Shown here piece by piece: positions 12,300 to 24,136 of a stretch of DNA of 64,000 nucleotides; the first letter of the stretch is position 1, and every line of letters begins with the position of its first letter. The stretch is taken from contig NW_024704742.1 of assembly GCF_018977255.1 (NCBI RefSeq), positions 20,524,001 through 20,588,000 of the forward strand. Reading direction: 5' to 3'. Source of the DNA: Callorhinchus milii (taxonomy: Eukaryota). The notes under the pieces were generated by a model. The model was given only the letters and a program-made list of their open reading frames with translations, searched no databases and was not told where the DNA came from. The translations under genes and the position numbers were made by a program.

Positions 12300-12890
12300 T
12301 CACAAGATCAAAAGATTGGTTTGGATGAAAAAAAGCCATCTTCAGCCCATCCGATCTCATCCTTCTAGAATACCCACTCCTACTGTCCTCTCATCACAGC
12401 ATGAACCTGCTTTTTAAATGAGTCCAGTGGCATGGCCTCCACCACCTTTTCTGGCAAACTGCTCCACTCATTGATTACCCTCCGCATGAACAAAAAATTC
12501 TTTGTTATCTGTCCTAAGTTTGCCCTTTCCAACTCTACACATATGTCCTCTTGCTCTACTTTCTTGGTGCATCTGAAAGCATTGATGTTGGTTTACTTTT
12601 TCAATCCCATTTAAAATGTTATACTCTATGAGTTCCCCTCTGAGTTGTCTTCTCTCAAGACGAGCTTGCCAATCATTGATTATTGCTCATTGCTCATCCT
12701 CATTGCTCTTCTCTGCATTGCCTCTAACCCCTTTATGTCAAGATACAGTCTGACCAGAGCACTGTACAGACTGAGTATAACTTCTAGAGAATGAAATTCA
12801 ACTGATTTAGTAATATAGTCCAGCATTCGGTTTGCATTGTTCAATGATTCGAAGTAGTGCTTTATGAAATTATCATCAATGACAACAAAA
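12300..12890 (-). mobile_element. CR1 LINE 3' fragment
   Basis: Minus-strand ORF ANRMLDYITKSVEFHSLEVILSLYSALVRLYL..LEAMQRRAMRM is a CR1 ORF2 C-terminus. Confidence 0.85.
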
Positions 12891-13199
12891 TGAATGTATA
12901 GACACATTAGTAATTCTATGTATTTACATTCAGTGTCATTATACACTTTGTAATATTGATGAGTTAAAAATCTTATTGCTGCGCAAAATAGGATGTGGAG
13001 AAAATGCTGGTATAAAGAGTAATGGAAAATTTGTGTGTATTAATTTATAGTGTCATGATACCAAGCCTCTTCCAGTACAATATTTACACGGAATGCCAAC
13101 AAGCTCTGTAGGGAGAAATTAAGCATAAAATGCAACATACGAGTGAAATGAGAAAGACTTAGGTCCCTGGGAAAGATGATGGCTTTGCCCTCTAGAAAA

Positions 13200-13400
13200 A
13201 GGGAGGTGATCTGCCTCCAAGGTGATGTGCTTGGCAATGGAATATCAGAATTGTGTCGCCCTTCTGTGGCAATTTCGGCTGTCTAATATCTGAGATAGAT
13301 GGGTCCATAGTATTGCAAGGCTAGATGATCGATCATCAGTCGTACTTGAAGGGGCAAACCAAGGCACGCATTCTTCTGTCTCAGTTCCTGTTAACCCTAA
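13200..13400 (+). repeat. Element X, 5' fragment
   Basis: CCAAGGTGATGTGCTTGGCAATGGAATATCAG..CCTGTTAACCC aligns with 4545-4750. Confidence 0.7.
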
Positions 13401-13404
13401 CCCA

Positions 13405-13600
13405 GTTCAGAGGAAAAAGACTCTTCGACCCATGTGATCTCATTCCGCTAGATTAGAAAACCCACCACACCATCTCAATAATAATCTTTTCTTAAAAAAC
13501 AAGTCTAAAGTCCTGGCCTCAGCCACCCTTCCTGGTAACCTGTTCTAGTCATTAGTTACCCTCTGTGTAAATAAAAATTTCCTGGTCTAAGGTATCCATA
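13405..13600 (-). mobile_element. CR1 3' fragment
   Basis: GAAAAAGACTCTTCGACCCAT..CCACCCTTCCTGGTAACCTGTTC; same family as 12310-12520, 14195-14325 and 17545-17795. Confidence 0.7.
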
Positions 13601-13954
13601 CCTTGCCTTTTGCCATTTTCAGGATTGGGTAAGCAGGGTGCTGTTGTGAGAATAGCTGTAGCACGGTATATTACAAACTGTAAAACACACATGTGCAAAA
13701 GTATAAAAGTGCATACACTCGGGAGAAAAATGTGTCAAGCGGTGCAAAGAAGAAAGAAGCGGATAGAAGAGAAGTGCAGAAGCCAGATGTCGTGGTGGGA
13801 CTGGGGATTTGCGCTCGCACACCCTAGACCCCAGAGCAACATTCTAGGCTGGGTAGGGCAGATCCATTGGGGGTCGCAGAGTCAGAGGGATGGTCGAGGC
13901 TGTAATAAGGGCTGAGGTAGTGTTAGGAGGGATAGGTCTCATTGGAGCGGGCAA

Positions 13955-14195
13955 AGGCAGGAAGTGCAGAAAGGGGGATGGTGCATGCCAACAGCACCAA
14001 CCCCCTTTCTGCACCACTATCCTACCTCCTGCAGGGAGAGGGCATTGAAAGGGAGGAAAAGGAGATTGCACATGTCAACAACTTGTCCTAGCTGCCGACA
14101 TTTTAACTCCTGCAACAGAGGAAAGTGCAGGAAAGGGAGATAGTGCATTCCAAATAGCTTGTCCTGGGAACTGCTACCTTACCTCCTGCAGGATT
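13955..14195. repeat. Degenerate ~80-bp tandem repeat, about 3 units
   Basis: Recurring AAGTGCAG..AAAGGGRGAT..GCA..CTTGTCCT..ACCTCCTGCAGG. Confidence 0.5.
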
Positions 14196-14434
14196 AGTTC
14201 AGATGGAAAAGCCTCGACCTATCTGATCTCATACCTCTAGAACATTCACCTCATCATCACAGTAACAATCCATTATTCAAACGAGTTCAATGTCCTGGCT
14301 TCAATCACCCTTCCTGGTTACCTACATTTTCTCAGAGCTTTTTTCCCTCAGCAACAAGCATTTTGTTTAAAATTATTACAATCTGTACTCACTGTACTAT
14401 ACTTGCTGATTAAGCATCTGAAATTCACTAGTTT

Positions 14435-14530
14435 TTTGGACTGCCAGGTGTCTGACACATGTGCACACTTAAGAGAATCCAAACCAATTTGAATTCCCCG
14501 TATGCATACCACCTACACATGGGAACTTCA
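14435..14530 (-). repeat. Element X, 3' fragment
   Basis: TTTTTTGGACTGCCAGGTGTCTGACACATG..CTTAAGAGAATCCAAACCAA..TACACATGGGAA is the reverse complement of 4995-5085. Confidence 0.7.
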
Positions 14531-14974
14531 CTGTGTCTTACATGATGTTATGCAAACAGTCAACCATCTAACTGTGTGCCAGTAAAATCTTCATTGACGA
14601 TATTCAATTTCTCCTAAACAAATATGGACGTTCATATTATATTTGAATGTAAATTGTCCATATTACACAAGGTGTAAATTGTCAAGGATTTCAGGCTGTC
14701 TTTCTTGATTTAATAGCGATTCTGGCCCTTTAAACATCTGATAAAACCGAAGGATTAGTTGATCATTCTTTCCAAACCAAACATTTTCTTGTAGGATTAT
14801 TAATTCCATCAGAAGATTACCAGAGTAAATATAATACACAATTAACATGAAATAAAATATTCATTCAAATTACTGGCAGAAACAAAACAACTTTTATATG
14901 AATCAGGCACTGATTTTACAATTATCATAAAGAATGGAAGTATTATTCTGCAGCAGGCGGCTTCACTTAGAATA

Positions 14975-15193
14975 CAGGGAGAATTTCCACCCGGATGTGG
15001 ACTTTCATTATTGTTCTAAAAATTTCAGACCTTGCAGAATTATTCAATGCAGTCTCTGTTTTAGGCATTTTTTTTAAACAAAGAATTACACGCTTTAAAA
15101 TTAAGACTGTATTAAGAATTTGTCAAATTTTTCATGCTCTGAAAAGCTAAGAAAGTAATCTTGAGTCCACACTCAGGTGGAATTTCTTCCCTG
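14975..15193. mobile_element. MITE with ~28-bp imperfect TIRs (possibly PIF/Harbinger-type)
   Basis: Left end CAGGGAGAATTTCCACCCGGATGTGGACT pairs with right end AGTCCACACTCAGGTGGAATTTCTTCCCTG; AT-rich non-coding interior; TSD not confirmed. Confidence 0.65.
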
Positions 15194-16899
15194 AACAATT
15201 CTGTTTTTTCTAAGTGACTGAAACCAAGTAATCATGAGAACAGACACGTAAATTGGCATTTTGAATAATACTAAAAATTACATTATTTCAGGGGACAAAT
15301 ATTCCATCGCTGGGTGCAGGAAATAGATTTATAACATTAAATAAACAACAAAAGCAAAGGTGTTTTATATACCTTAGTCTGCATTATGCAGCTCAAGAGC
15401 AAAGATCCTTTCAAGAACTATTTTTATGTGCATGGGGATAGCAGAGCCTGCTAAATATTTAAATCTTTCCGTTGATTCTCTTTCTCCTTCATGCTGCAGA
15501 AAATAATGTAAAACAAACTTTCCCTGCTGCTATCAATGAACAGTGGATTTGTGCTTTGCTAATAACTATGTTATAAACTGAATATATGTTAACGCTCCAT
15601 TGGATAGGACTAAACAGAGGATTCAACAAAATGACATCCAACTCACTGGATATTCATCATTCATCAGGTCCTTTGTGTGCATTTGATTTATAAAGAGGAT
15701 GATAAATGATTTGTAACCAATGTCCAAAACAATCCATCACAGTACCCAGCGAGGTTCTAATTCACAGCATTAACAGGCAACATCCAATGGAGTGTCTGCT
15801 GTTAATGTAATCTCTTTAAACAATGTATAACAAATAATATGGTTAGTGCTTTCAATGGCAAACTATGGAAGGCATTCTTCCCAATCAACAGACAAGCGGA
15901 GGGAAGAATGGAAGAATAACCATCCCCACCTCAATGTCTGTCAGAGAATTACAATCCTACTGAGTGATTCAGTTCATGCCGTAAGAACACAAGATCAAAC
16001 TTTCACCACCATCTTTATTGTCAGAACCATCTTTAAACACCATCAGTCTGGATCCTCTTTGTCCTGTGCTGGAGAGAACTCTGAATAAGACATTAGATTT
16101 AGTACTGATGACATTCTCATCCAAACATGCCAGTTTCAAGAAATCACATGGTTGGAAATGAATACCTTAAGTAATATTGATCCTTGCCTCTCTGCTATGC
16201 AACCACAGAAAAATAGAGCACACCACTGTAGCATCATATATCAGATGTTCATTGATTATATACCAGAAATAGAAGGTCCAGACAATAAACAATAATTAGA
16301 TACGGTGATCACCCATGATACCTTGATGTAACACAAATTAACTGCTCCCTCAGGAACAGAAAACTACACAAGATATCTTTGGATGATTCTCCAATTATTG
16401 AAAAAATACCCTTTATAAAGGTGGTAGATCAATGGTGGTAGATTTTCAGACAAGAGAGAAACCACTCCTCTTGCTTTATATACCACTGTTTTAACATATC
16501 TTTCTTATATCTCCCAATAAACCAATTTACTATATTCAATATATACAAATGAGTCAATTACCTGACATCATACAATGATTTGAAATCTTAACCTGCATTA
16601 TATTATATAGCTTTCAAAATGAATCTCGAGAAGGCCAATTCAGTTCATTAAATTCCTTCCATCTGGCTGATCCTGAACTCCATCCCAATCACTCCCATCT
16701 TCTGGGGGGTGTTCTAAATTTGTCTGAACTAAATTACTGAGTTACTCCTTGAACCCCAAACAGTACCAGGCAAAATTGCCAGTTTATTCATCCATAACCA
16801 CACATCACCACTATTCAATTTGGGACACAAAAAATAACATTTTCTCATTCCCAGATCCCCAAAACACAAACCATTGGATCCTGTGAAGAATTTGCTCAT

Positions 16900-17300
16900 C
16901 TCAATCTATACCTATTCCTATAGCAGTCAATATTATTTTCTTTGGAATAAATCAATCAGCTTAGTGTGAACTGCTCATGTTGGGAGTCTGTTCTATATAT
17001 CTGCTGCTTTTGGAGTCTCAGTTGAACTATGCCCTCAAGATCTATCTCTATGATCACTGGCTCACATAAATCATTTACACTGCTTGTGTATTTTGAAAAC
17101 CAAATCATTCCCTCCCCCATCTTCTTTTTCCCCAATGATGACAAGTTCAGTTCAGCAAACCTCTCCTTATTACCTAGAGCCATTAATTACAGAATCATCT
17201 TTGGACAGTGATTCGTTCCAATTGTGACTCATTTTTTTATATAAAAGGCAGAGGCAGCAAGCACACTGTATCCAGTATGAAATTCAATCAGTCTCATCAT
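16900..17300 (-). mobile_element. Old CR1 fragment
   Basis: Minus-strand ORF ERFAELNLSSLGKKKMGEGMI resembles the CR1 motif ERLxxLxLFSLEKRRLRGDMI. Confidence 0.6.
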
Positions 17301-17544
17301 TCATCTGGTCTACTTCAGAGTAACTTTCATCTTAAGATCAAATGAACTTGTATGCATTTTATTAGCTTTGAATTGACTTGAAACTTTAAGCTTCCTTCAT
17401 CACATTTGCAAATGGACAACTTTTTATTATATATATTTTCACTTTTCCAGTGACCATATGTATTACTTCACTATAAATATATAATCATGTTTCTACTGCT
17501 ACTTGGCCAACCTACTTATGTAATCTAGGTCTTCTTAGATAGTA

Positions 17545-17795
17545 GAATAAGAGGACATAGAGTTAGTTGCAAAGGGTAATTTCAGGACAGATACCAGGAG
17601 GTTCTACTTTACTAAGGGGGTAATTGACGACTGGAACAGGTTGCCAAGAATATAGTTGAGGCCAGGACATTGGACTAATTTAAAAAGCGGCACGATACTG
17701 TGATGGGGGAATAGTAGGATGGGTATTTTGGAAGGATGAGATTGGATGGGTCGAAGGGTCTTCTTCATCCAAACCAATCTTCTGATTTTGTGAAC
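17545..17795 (+). mobile_element. CR1 3' end
   Basis: RGH..FRTDTRRFYFTKGVIDDWNRLP-like coding remnant followed by the 3' UTR GATGGGTCGAAGGGTCTTCTTCATCC. Confidence 0.8.
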
Positions 17796-18689
17796 ACTGT
17801 TCATCTGCATTATATTATTCAGACTTACATCATCAGTTAATGTCAAGTCACAAAAAGTGATTCATGATGTCAATAGCAAGAAACTAAGAACAAGCCTCGG
17901 ATAGCTCTTACCAGTTACTAGCTTTGACAAAGTTTTGACAAAGCAATTAGAAATTTTGTATGCCTCCCATTGCTTAGCAGGTTGTCAAAGTAGCAGCAGG
18001 ATAGTCTCTCTTTAATTCAGTAAGGTTTAAACTTCGTTAAAAGTCTCACATGTGAAATCTTAAGAAAAGCCTCCTGAAAATGCATGTCCTCTGAATACGC
18101 TACACACTCCATTTTAATTACGTTCCCAAAAGAATTCCATTACAATTTGTGATGCAACAATTACTGCTTCGAAATCCATCTTGACTACTCAGACAGGCAC
18201 TGTGCTCTTTAAATTAGCATTTATAACATCCCACATAATTCTTTCAAACATTTCCCCCTGCTGCAGATCATCTGTAATTTTCAGGTTCAATCTCTCAATC
18301 TCGCTCTTTTTTTAAATGAGTATAAGGAAAACATTTGCTATCCTCAGCTGCAGTATTTATCGACCTACTAATAATATTAACCAGATCAAGCATCACCCAT
18401 TGTGTTCGTTACAATTTTCTTGAGGATTTTGATGTGTACCCCATCTGGTCTGGCGTAGGTGTGTAGCATGTCTTAACTTACATCACCATACATGTTTCAG
18501 CACAAACATTCAGCTCTGATTACGTGTGAGTCAATATCATTTTGGGGTTTGAGGACAAGTTTTATATGTATTACAAAAGTACTAGGACAACTTTAGAATA
18601 GAATTACTCAATTTATATTAGAAAGGAAGTCTAATGACTTGCTTCACACTCCAGAAAAAAATTATGATTAGTTTATCTTAAAAAAGTCA

Positions 18690-18920
18690 GAGAATCATAG
18701 AAATTTAAAGCGCAGAAGAGCCCATTCAGCTCATCGAGTCTGCTCCAGCTCTCATCGTAAGGTGTTTATTAAATCCCTTTGCCATATCCCCATACCTTTC
18801 AAGCCTCTATCCTTCATATATCTGTCTACTTCCCATCTGAAACCCACATGCTCTACCACTCTAATTGACAGGTCACTCCACATCCCACCAACTGTCTAGG
18901 TGAAAAAAATTGCCTAAATT
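18690..18920 (-). mobile_element. CR1 3' end
   Basis: AGAATCATAGAAATTTAAAGCGCAGAAGAGCCCATTCAGC..; a related copy lies at 19680-19870. Confidence 0.7.
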
Positions 18921-19046
18921 CTTCTTTCGCTCTTATTTTATATAACTAAGATTGATTTCTCCAGCGATAACAGAAAACAACCAGCTGTCAAAAGAGTTTA
19001 AATTCCTTATAAAGTCAGTGAAATTATAATTGCAATGACAACTCAC

Positions 19047-19080
19047 CTTTTAGTCTTATGCTCTCTGGGTTTCCATCTTG
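19047..19080 (-). other. Candidate 34-nt micro-exon of an unidentified gene
   Basis: Minus strand cttttctgtttcattacag|CAAGATGG..CTAAAAG|gtgagt has strong acceptor and donor sites; open as QDGNPESIRLK or RWKPREHKTK; lies in unique sequence. Confidence 0.35.
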
Positions 19081-20019
19081 CTGTAATGAAACAGAAAAGT
19101 ATTAGAAACAATTAGCAACCTGTGAATTTTAAGTACATTAAATAAGACAGTATTTTACAAGTTGTGGAATGATGAAAGTTTACATGATTGGCTTTAGATT
19201 GCATTAATAGTATACAGCTCTCCAAAAAAAAAGCAAAAAGTCATTATTAAATTCAGCACTGACAGCATAAAACTCTTAAAATCTGCATCTTTTTTAAAAA
19301 CAGAAAAGTAGCAAATCTAGTAACTAGTATGTAATATTCCTTCCAAATTTCCTGGCTCCCCCTTCAAATTAGGCGGGTAAAATGGACTGAACAATATACT
19401 GCTCTGAATTCATTTCAGCAGTTTCTGTGATAAACCAACACAAGATTCTTCTACAGTACAGTGTGCTGTATAAATGTAAAAGAGGCACTATATAAATTAA
19501 AATTGTTGTGATACAGACAAGGTTGGTCATGCTGCAGTGCAGTACCATTGTAATGTGGTAGAAGGGATCCATAAAATCCCATAAAATAGAACGAGATACT
19601 GTAATACATCAAAGGATATTAAAGTTAATTAGCTTTTCATTAATCAAATTTTTATACTGCCAAAAAGGTTATTAGTTTTAATCATAGAATATTTACAGCA
19701 CAAGGCCAGCCCATTCTTCATGACTGTACTGTTGCGACCTCTTCCATTGCATCTATCTATCTAGTCTCATTGCCTTGCTCTTTTGTCATACCCTCTAATG
19801 TTATTTTTTCTTCAAGTATTTAACCAATTCCCTTCTAAATACTGTTATGGATTTGGCTTCAATATCAATTAGTCGTAAGATATGGGTCAAATTTGAGATA
19901 TTTAACATGTTTCTTAAATAAATCTGTGTTGCTGATTCACAGGAATGCTAGTTCAACTGAATCTACTTTCAATCTATTTTTAAGTTTCAGTGACTTTATT
20001 TGATCATCCAGGTAATCAA

Positions 20020-20792
20020 CACATGAGAAAACCCATCACCATGCTTAAGAGTACCCCAACCAGAGTTCCAAGCAACTAAACTACACATGGAAATTCCCAA
20101 GCCTTGACTCTTGCCAACCTGTGCCTAATACTCTTTGGAATTAGGTAAGCAGGATGCATCGCTCCAAGAATAGCGTACGCATTCAATTCCTACAGTCTAT
20201 CTCTGAGATTTCCATGTGTAGGTGGGATGCATGTAAATCTCAGCTTGGTTTAGATAATCTTTTGCATGATGATGGGTTTCCGAGTGTCAGACATCCAGCT
20301 GACCAAAAAAAAGGAAATTCCAGTGATATTTATTGCAATGGAATGTGGACTCTCTGCCTGGAGGGATGCATCCTGCTTACCTAATTCCAAAAAAGTAGTA
20401 GGAATAGGTTAGCAAGAGCCTAAGCTTGGGGTCTCCAGAGTGTGCATCTAACCAGCTAAAACTGCATAGCTTGCCATTGATATCACTGTGTGGCGAGCTT
20501 TCCTGCTGCTTGTCCAGCTAGGACCACCTTACGGTTAAGGCTTTAGCTTCCAGGGTTAACAGGATCTGACTGAGAAGAATCCCTGCCCCAGTGACTGATC
20601 TGCCCTTCCAGATCCTGCTGATGAACCAGCCTGACTTTTTCCCCCGTCATCAGCAGTGCCCTGGGGTACCACGGAATTGCCTGGCTCAGAAATTGGACAA
20701 CTGAGACCGTCACAGAGGGCTGGCTCCATTCTGACATTCTGTTGCCAAACATGTCACCTTGGAGCCAGTTCAGTTACAAGGAGATCCTGCTT
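20020..20792 (-). repeat. Element X, rearranged copy with an internal inverted segment
   Basis: 20335-20792 is the reverse complement of 4515-4980, 20097-20312 is a forward copy of the 3' half, and 20020-20096 is the reverse 3' end. Confidence 0.8.
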
Positions 20793-21492
20793 GCTATGAG
20801 AGAATAGGAGAGGACGGGTGAGTGGGAGAACAAATAAGAACAGAGAAGGCTAGAAGCTGCAATTGACTTCTGTGATCCGTACTAACAAGAGTCTTGTTAC
20901 ATATCCACCCCACTTCTGATTCACAAATCCTGTTGGTGATATTTCATAGACTAAAAAATATTTGATTATATACTTGTTTTGTATGAATTGCAGTTAACAT
21001 GAAAAATAGTCTATCAACAGCAAGACTTAACTATTACTCATACAAAACTAAAGAATGTAATTGGAAAAATAATGACTGCTCGTTCTTCGTCCTCTTCGCC
21101 CGTTCCTCCCCCCGACTCCTCGTTGACATTGATGTGTCCAAATATAATTATATTTTTAATGTAGCACCTTTTCAAATTGGTCAGAAATCAGATTTATTGT
21201 ATTCAGATTGCACAACAATTGATTGAGATTGCCATTGAATTTCTGAGTTCAGGCAAGAGCTGTGCAACTACTCCAAGAATGACAGAAATTTCAAGCAAAC
21301 AAAAAAANTATTATTCCAACGCACCAAGGAATTATACACATGTCAGGAAAGAGAAGCTTGCAGCATCCCTGGAGGGTCAATACAAATGAAGGGAACCTAG
21401 ATTCGTCATACTTTAACCGATTTTACAGCAAAAAGTCCCATAAGTGTTCAATCTGTCACATGAGCACCTCGGGGATTATTGCTATAATTTAC

Positions 21493-21523
21493 CTGCAGCA
21501 GACCTTTTATAGTAGACAATTTA
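21493..21523 (-). other. Candidate 31-nt micro-exon
   Basis: ctctttctctctataaaaccag|TAAATTG..CTGCAG|gtaaat; the only open frame is KLSTIKGLLQ and it ends in phase 0. Confidence 0.25.
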
Positions 21524-21732
21524 CTGGTTTTATAGAGAGAAAGAGCAAATAAAAATCACACAGCAACCTTTGTCAAAACAATTACTTTTATGAAGCAAAA
21601 CTTTCCACGACTAGGAGGAAAACAAAAAGGTCCATCAATAATTCAGCTGCAGGAAAAAATAATCACCATCTCAGTTTCAAGGAGTAAGCCACTCGATGCA
21701 GGCAAATGATTTTTTTGCACTGCAAACATCCA

Positions 21733-21846
21733 AATAATAATAATAATTCTTGCATTTGATATAGCGCCTCATCACGTCTTTGAGGCATCTCAAAGCGCTT
21801 CACAGAATATACTGTAAAGTGTAGTGACTTTGTAGTTTGTGGGCGT
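21733..21846 (-). mobile_element. tRNA-SINE 3' end
   Basis: (TAA)n followed by TTCTTGCATTTGATATAGCGCC..AAGCGCTTCACAGAATATAC. Confidence 0.8.
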
Positions 21847-21854
21847 TAGCAGAC

Positions 21855-22060
21855 AAAGATGATGGGTTCCACATTTCGACTAAAAGCATCAAGAATAGAG
21901 CCCCGAAGAACACCGCATTTGCTCGTGCAGGAGCAGGTGCAATTGAAGGGACATGGAAAGAGGGATCATGAACATGCATTACCACTGAAGTGGATCAGGG
22001 AGGTGAAGAAGCAAGGAGTAATTAATGGCGTCAAAAGCTGTCAAGGAATCACGAGTGTCC
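21855..22060 (-). mobile_element. Old L2 reverse-transcriptase fragment
   Basis: Minus-strand remnants LTAFDAINYSLLLHL and GVLRGSIL correspond to L2 motifs AAFDTVDH and GVPQGSVL. Confidence 0.55.
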
Positions 22061-22873
22061 AACAACAGTGGCAGGGATATTATTTATGTTAAAAAAAACT
22101 TTGAATAAACAGGTACAATTCAATGCAGTTTGCATTGTTTTATCAAACAATGGGAATATATATTAAATAATAATCTTTACATTTGATGCAACACTTTCAT
22201 GTTGGTAAGACATCTTAAAATGCTGCACAGGATTTACTGGTTCCCTTACATATTCTTGGGATCAGCTCACATTCTGTATGTGGACATGAGTACAGACTTA
22301 ACTTGTTTTATTTTAGAAATAAAACTATCAGTACATGATTTCTGCCCAACTTTCACATTTCCGAATAGAAGAAGAGAACAAGTGAAAAATGTTAGTAACA
22401 AATAGAAGATTTCTCTCTGCAATTTGAGAATGTTGAAATAGGATCTAAACCATTGATGAGGTAAATAATCCTAAAGGCGAGGAATTGGTTTAAAAATAGC
22501 TCAATCCTTAGCTATGCCATGTGAAAATGCAATTAAAATACAGTGTAGCAGGGTTGCACATTAAACACGTGACAAAAATCCTTCTGTTGCAGTCACAGAA
22601 AGTGCTGACCTACAGGACTGACAAGTAATACAGTATCAAATAATTAGAATGAAGGATTTCTCCACTGAATGTACATGACCTCTATTTACTCTTTCTATTC
22701 CTAGTCTTCAGCTGAACAGCGAGTTGGTCAATATATAAATCTATAAAAGTTATCATAAAACAAACCATTCCATTAATATCTAAGGTAGATGAACAAATGT
22801 GTATTATTTCTACAATGTTGGCCTTTTGTACCACAACTACAATTGTTTTCTTTTTGTTTGGAAGGGAAGGGGG

Positions 22874-23180
22874 AATAATTTTTATTATGAATACTTGGAG
22901 AGTATAGCCGACAAATGGGTTGATGTGATAGAGTAATTCATGAAGTTTGTTTGAAAGAGAATATGCATAGAATTACATTGAATTATGAGATTGTTACAAC
23001 ACCAAACAGCGAAGGCACTGGGGGATAGAGTTCCAGAGCCTAGGGGCTGAGAGGCTGAAGGCCCGGCCACCGATAAACTAATCAACATTCAAACTGCCTC
23101 CATTCAAACTTCATGAATTACTCTATCACATCAACCCATTTGTCGGCTATACTCTCCAAGTATTCATAATAAAAATTATT
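22874..23180. repeat. Perfect 76-bp inverted repeat with a 155-bp spacer
   Basis: 22874-22949 is the exact reverse complement of 23105-23180, checked base by base. Confidence 0.95.
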
Positions 23181-23338
23181 TAAGCAAATTATTGTCAAAA
23201 GGCAAACATATTGTGTCCACATTTAAGATAATGTATATATCCATCCAGCCTCATTATACCAGGGTACTTGGGAATAACCATTTTACCATTATAAGTCCAT
23301 GTTTGTACTAAAACTCCTGCAACGCAATGTATAAGTTT

Positions 23339-24136
23339 TAGTAAAGTTGTGAAACCAGAAATTTTGCAAAATTCCTTAAATTTTCAGTAAAATTGTGTAA
23401 CTATGAAATCATTGAAATTAGGAGTCAGGGATTTTGCAAGAAAGTGATCATTCATCCTATTGATCATCTAGCCTTGACACTTTTTAGCATTATCAACAAA
23501 TAAATAAGATATTATGAAAATTTATTTTAGCTTTATTTTGTAACATTTACACCAGTTGGTCTGATATTTCTTCTGACCGCAGTTACACTTCATAAGGCCT
23601 TGTCCATCACAAACAGACTGTGCAATGACAGCTGCACGGAGTGACACTGATTTCTTCTGGTTGACGCAGGTCTCTGTTAACAATCGTGGTGGGCAGAAGA
23701 CAAATTGATTCCTGGAATAGTGACCCCTCAATATCCTGGCCTTCACTGCTATCTTGTACTAGTCAGTGTCTAAATCTCGATGAATGATAACACCATGGAT
23801 GTTCCTGGGATCCCCTCTACCGCCTGTCCACTGCTAGGATGGGTTACAAGGCTTTACGAAGTATACCTATGATCAGAAGAAACGTCAGCTAACCATTGTA
23901 AATGCTTCAAAGCAAAGCTAAAATGTAATTCCTGGTATTAACTTGTGTTAACAAATGAACATTTGACTCATCAGTGAATGAAATTTCACATGAAGTTTAT
24001 GGTGAATAAAATATGAATTTTCATAATACGTTATTTGTTTGTTGATAATGCTAACAAGTGTCAAGGCAAGGTTATCAATATGATGATATGATCCTTTTTC
24101 ACAAAATCCCTCACTCCTAATTTCACAACTTTACTA
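23339..24136 (-). mobile_element. Internally deleted DNA transposon, Ginger2-like (KRBA2/SCAND3-type integrase family)
   Basis: Imperfect TIRs at 23413-23522 and 24016-24125, plus the exact outer 16-mer TAGTAAAGTTGTGAAA (23339-23354, reverse complement at 24121-24136); a transposase remnant lies inside. Confidence 0.8.
23522..23845 (-). pseudogene. Transposase C-terminal remnant (KRBA2/SCAND3-like Cys-rich tail)
   Basis: PILAVDR/GRGDPRNIHGVIIHRDLDTD*YKIAVKARILRGHYSRNQFVFCPPRLL..GQGLMKCNCGQKKYQTNWCKCYKIKLK, with a frameshift and an in-frame stop. Confidence 0.8.

Noticed and set aside
13388..13403. TAACCCTAACCC suggesting element X is a telomerase RNA copy
   Set aside because: It is present in only one copy, at a truncation junction, and too far from the 5' end; I saw no H/ACA-type 3' end.
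20610..20660. CTGATGA as a hammerhead core in element X
   Set aside because: It is one arm of a simple hairpin, and no conserved stem II plus GAAA follows in the other copies.
21072..21140. CpG-containing pyrimidine tract reading MSTRSRGRNGRRGRRTS on the minus strand
   Set aside because: It is short and low-complexity, a stop follows soon after, and there is no convincing splice donor.
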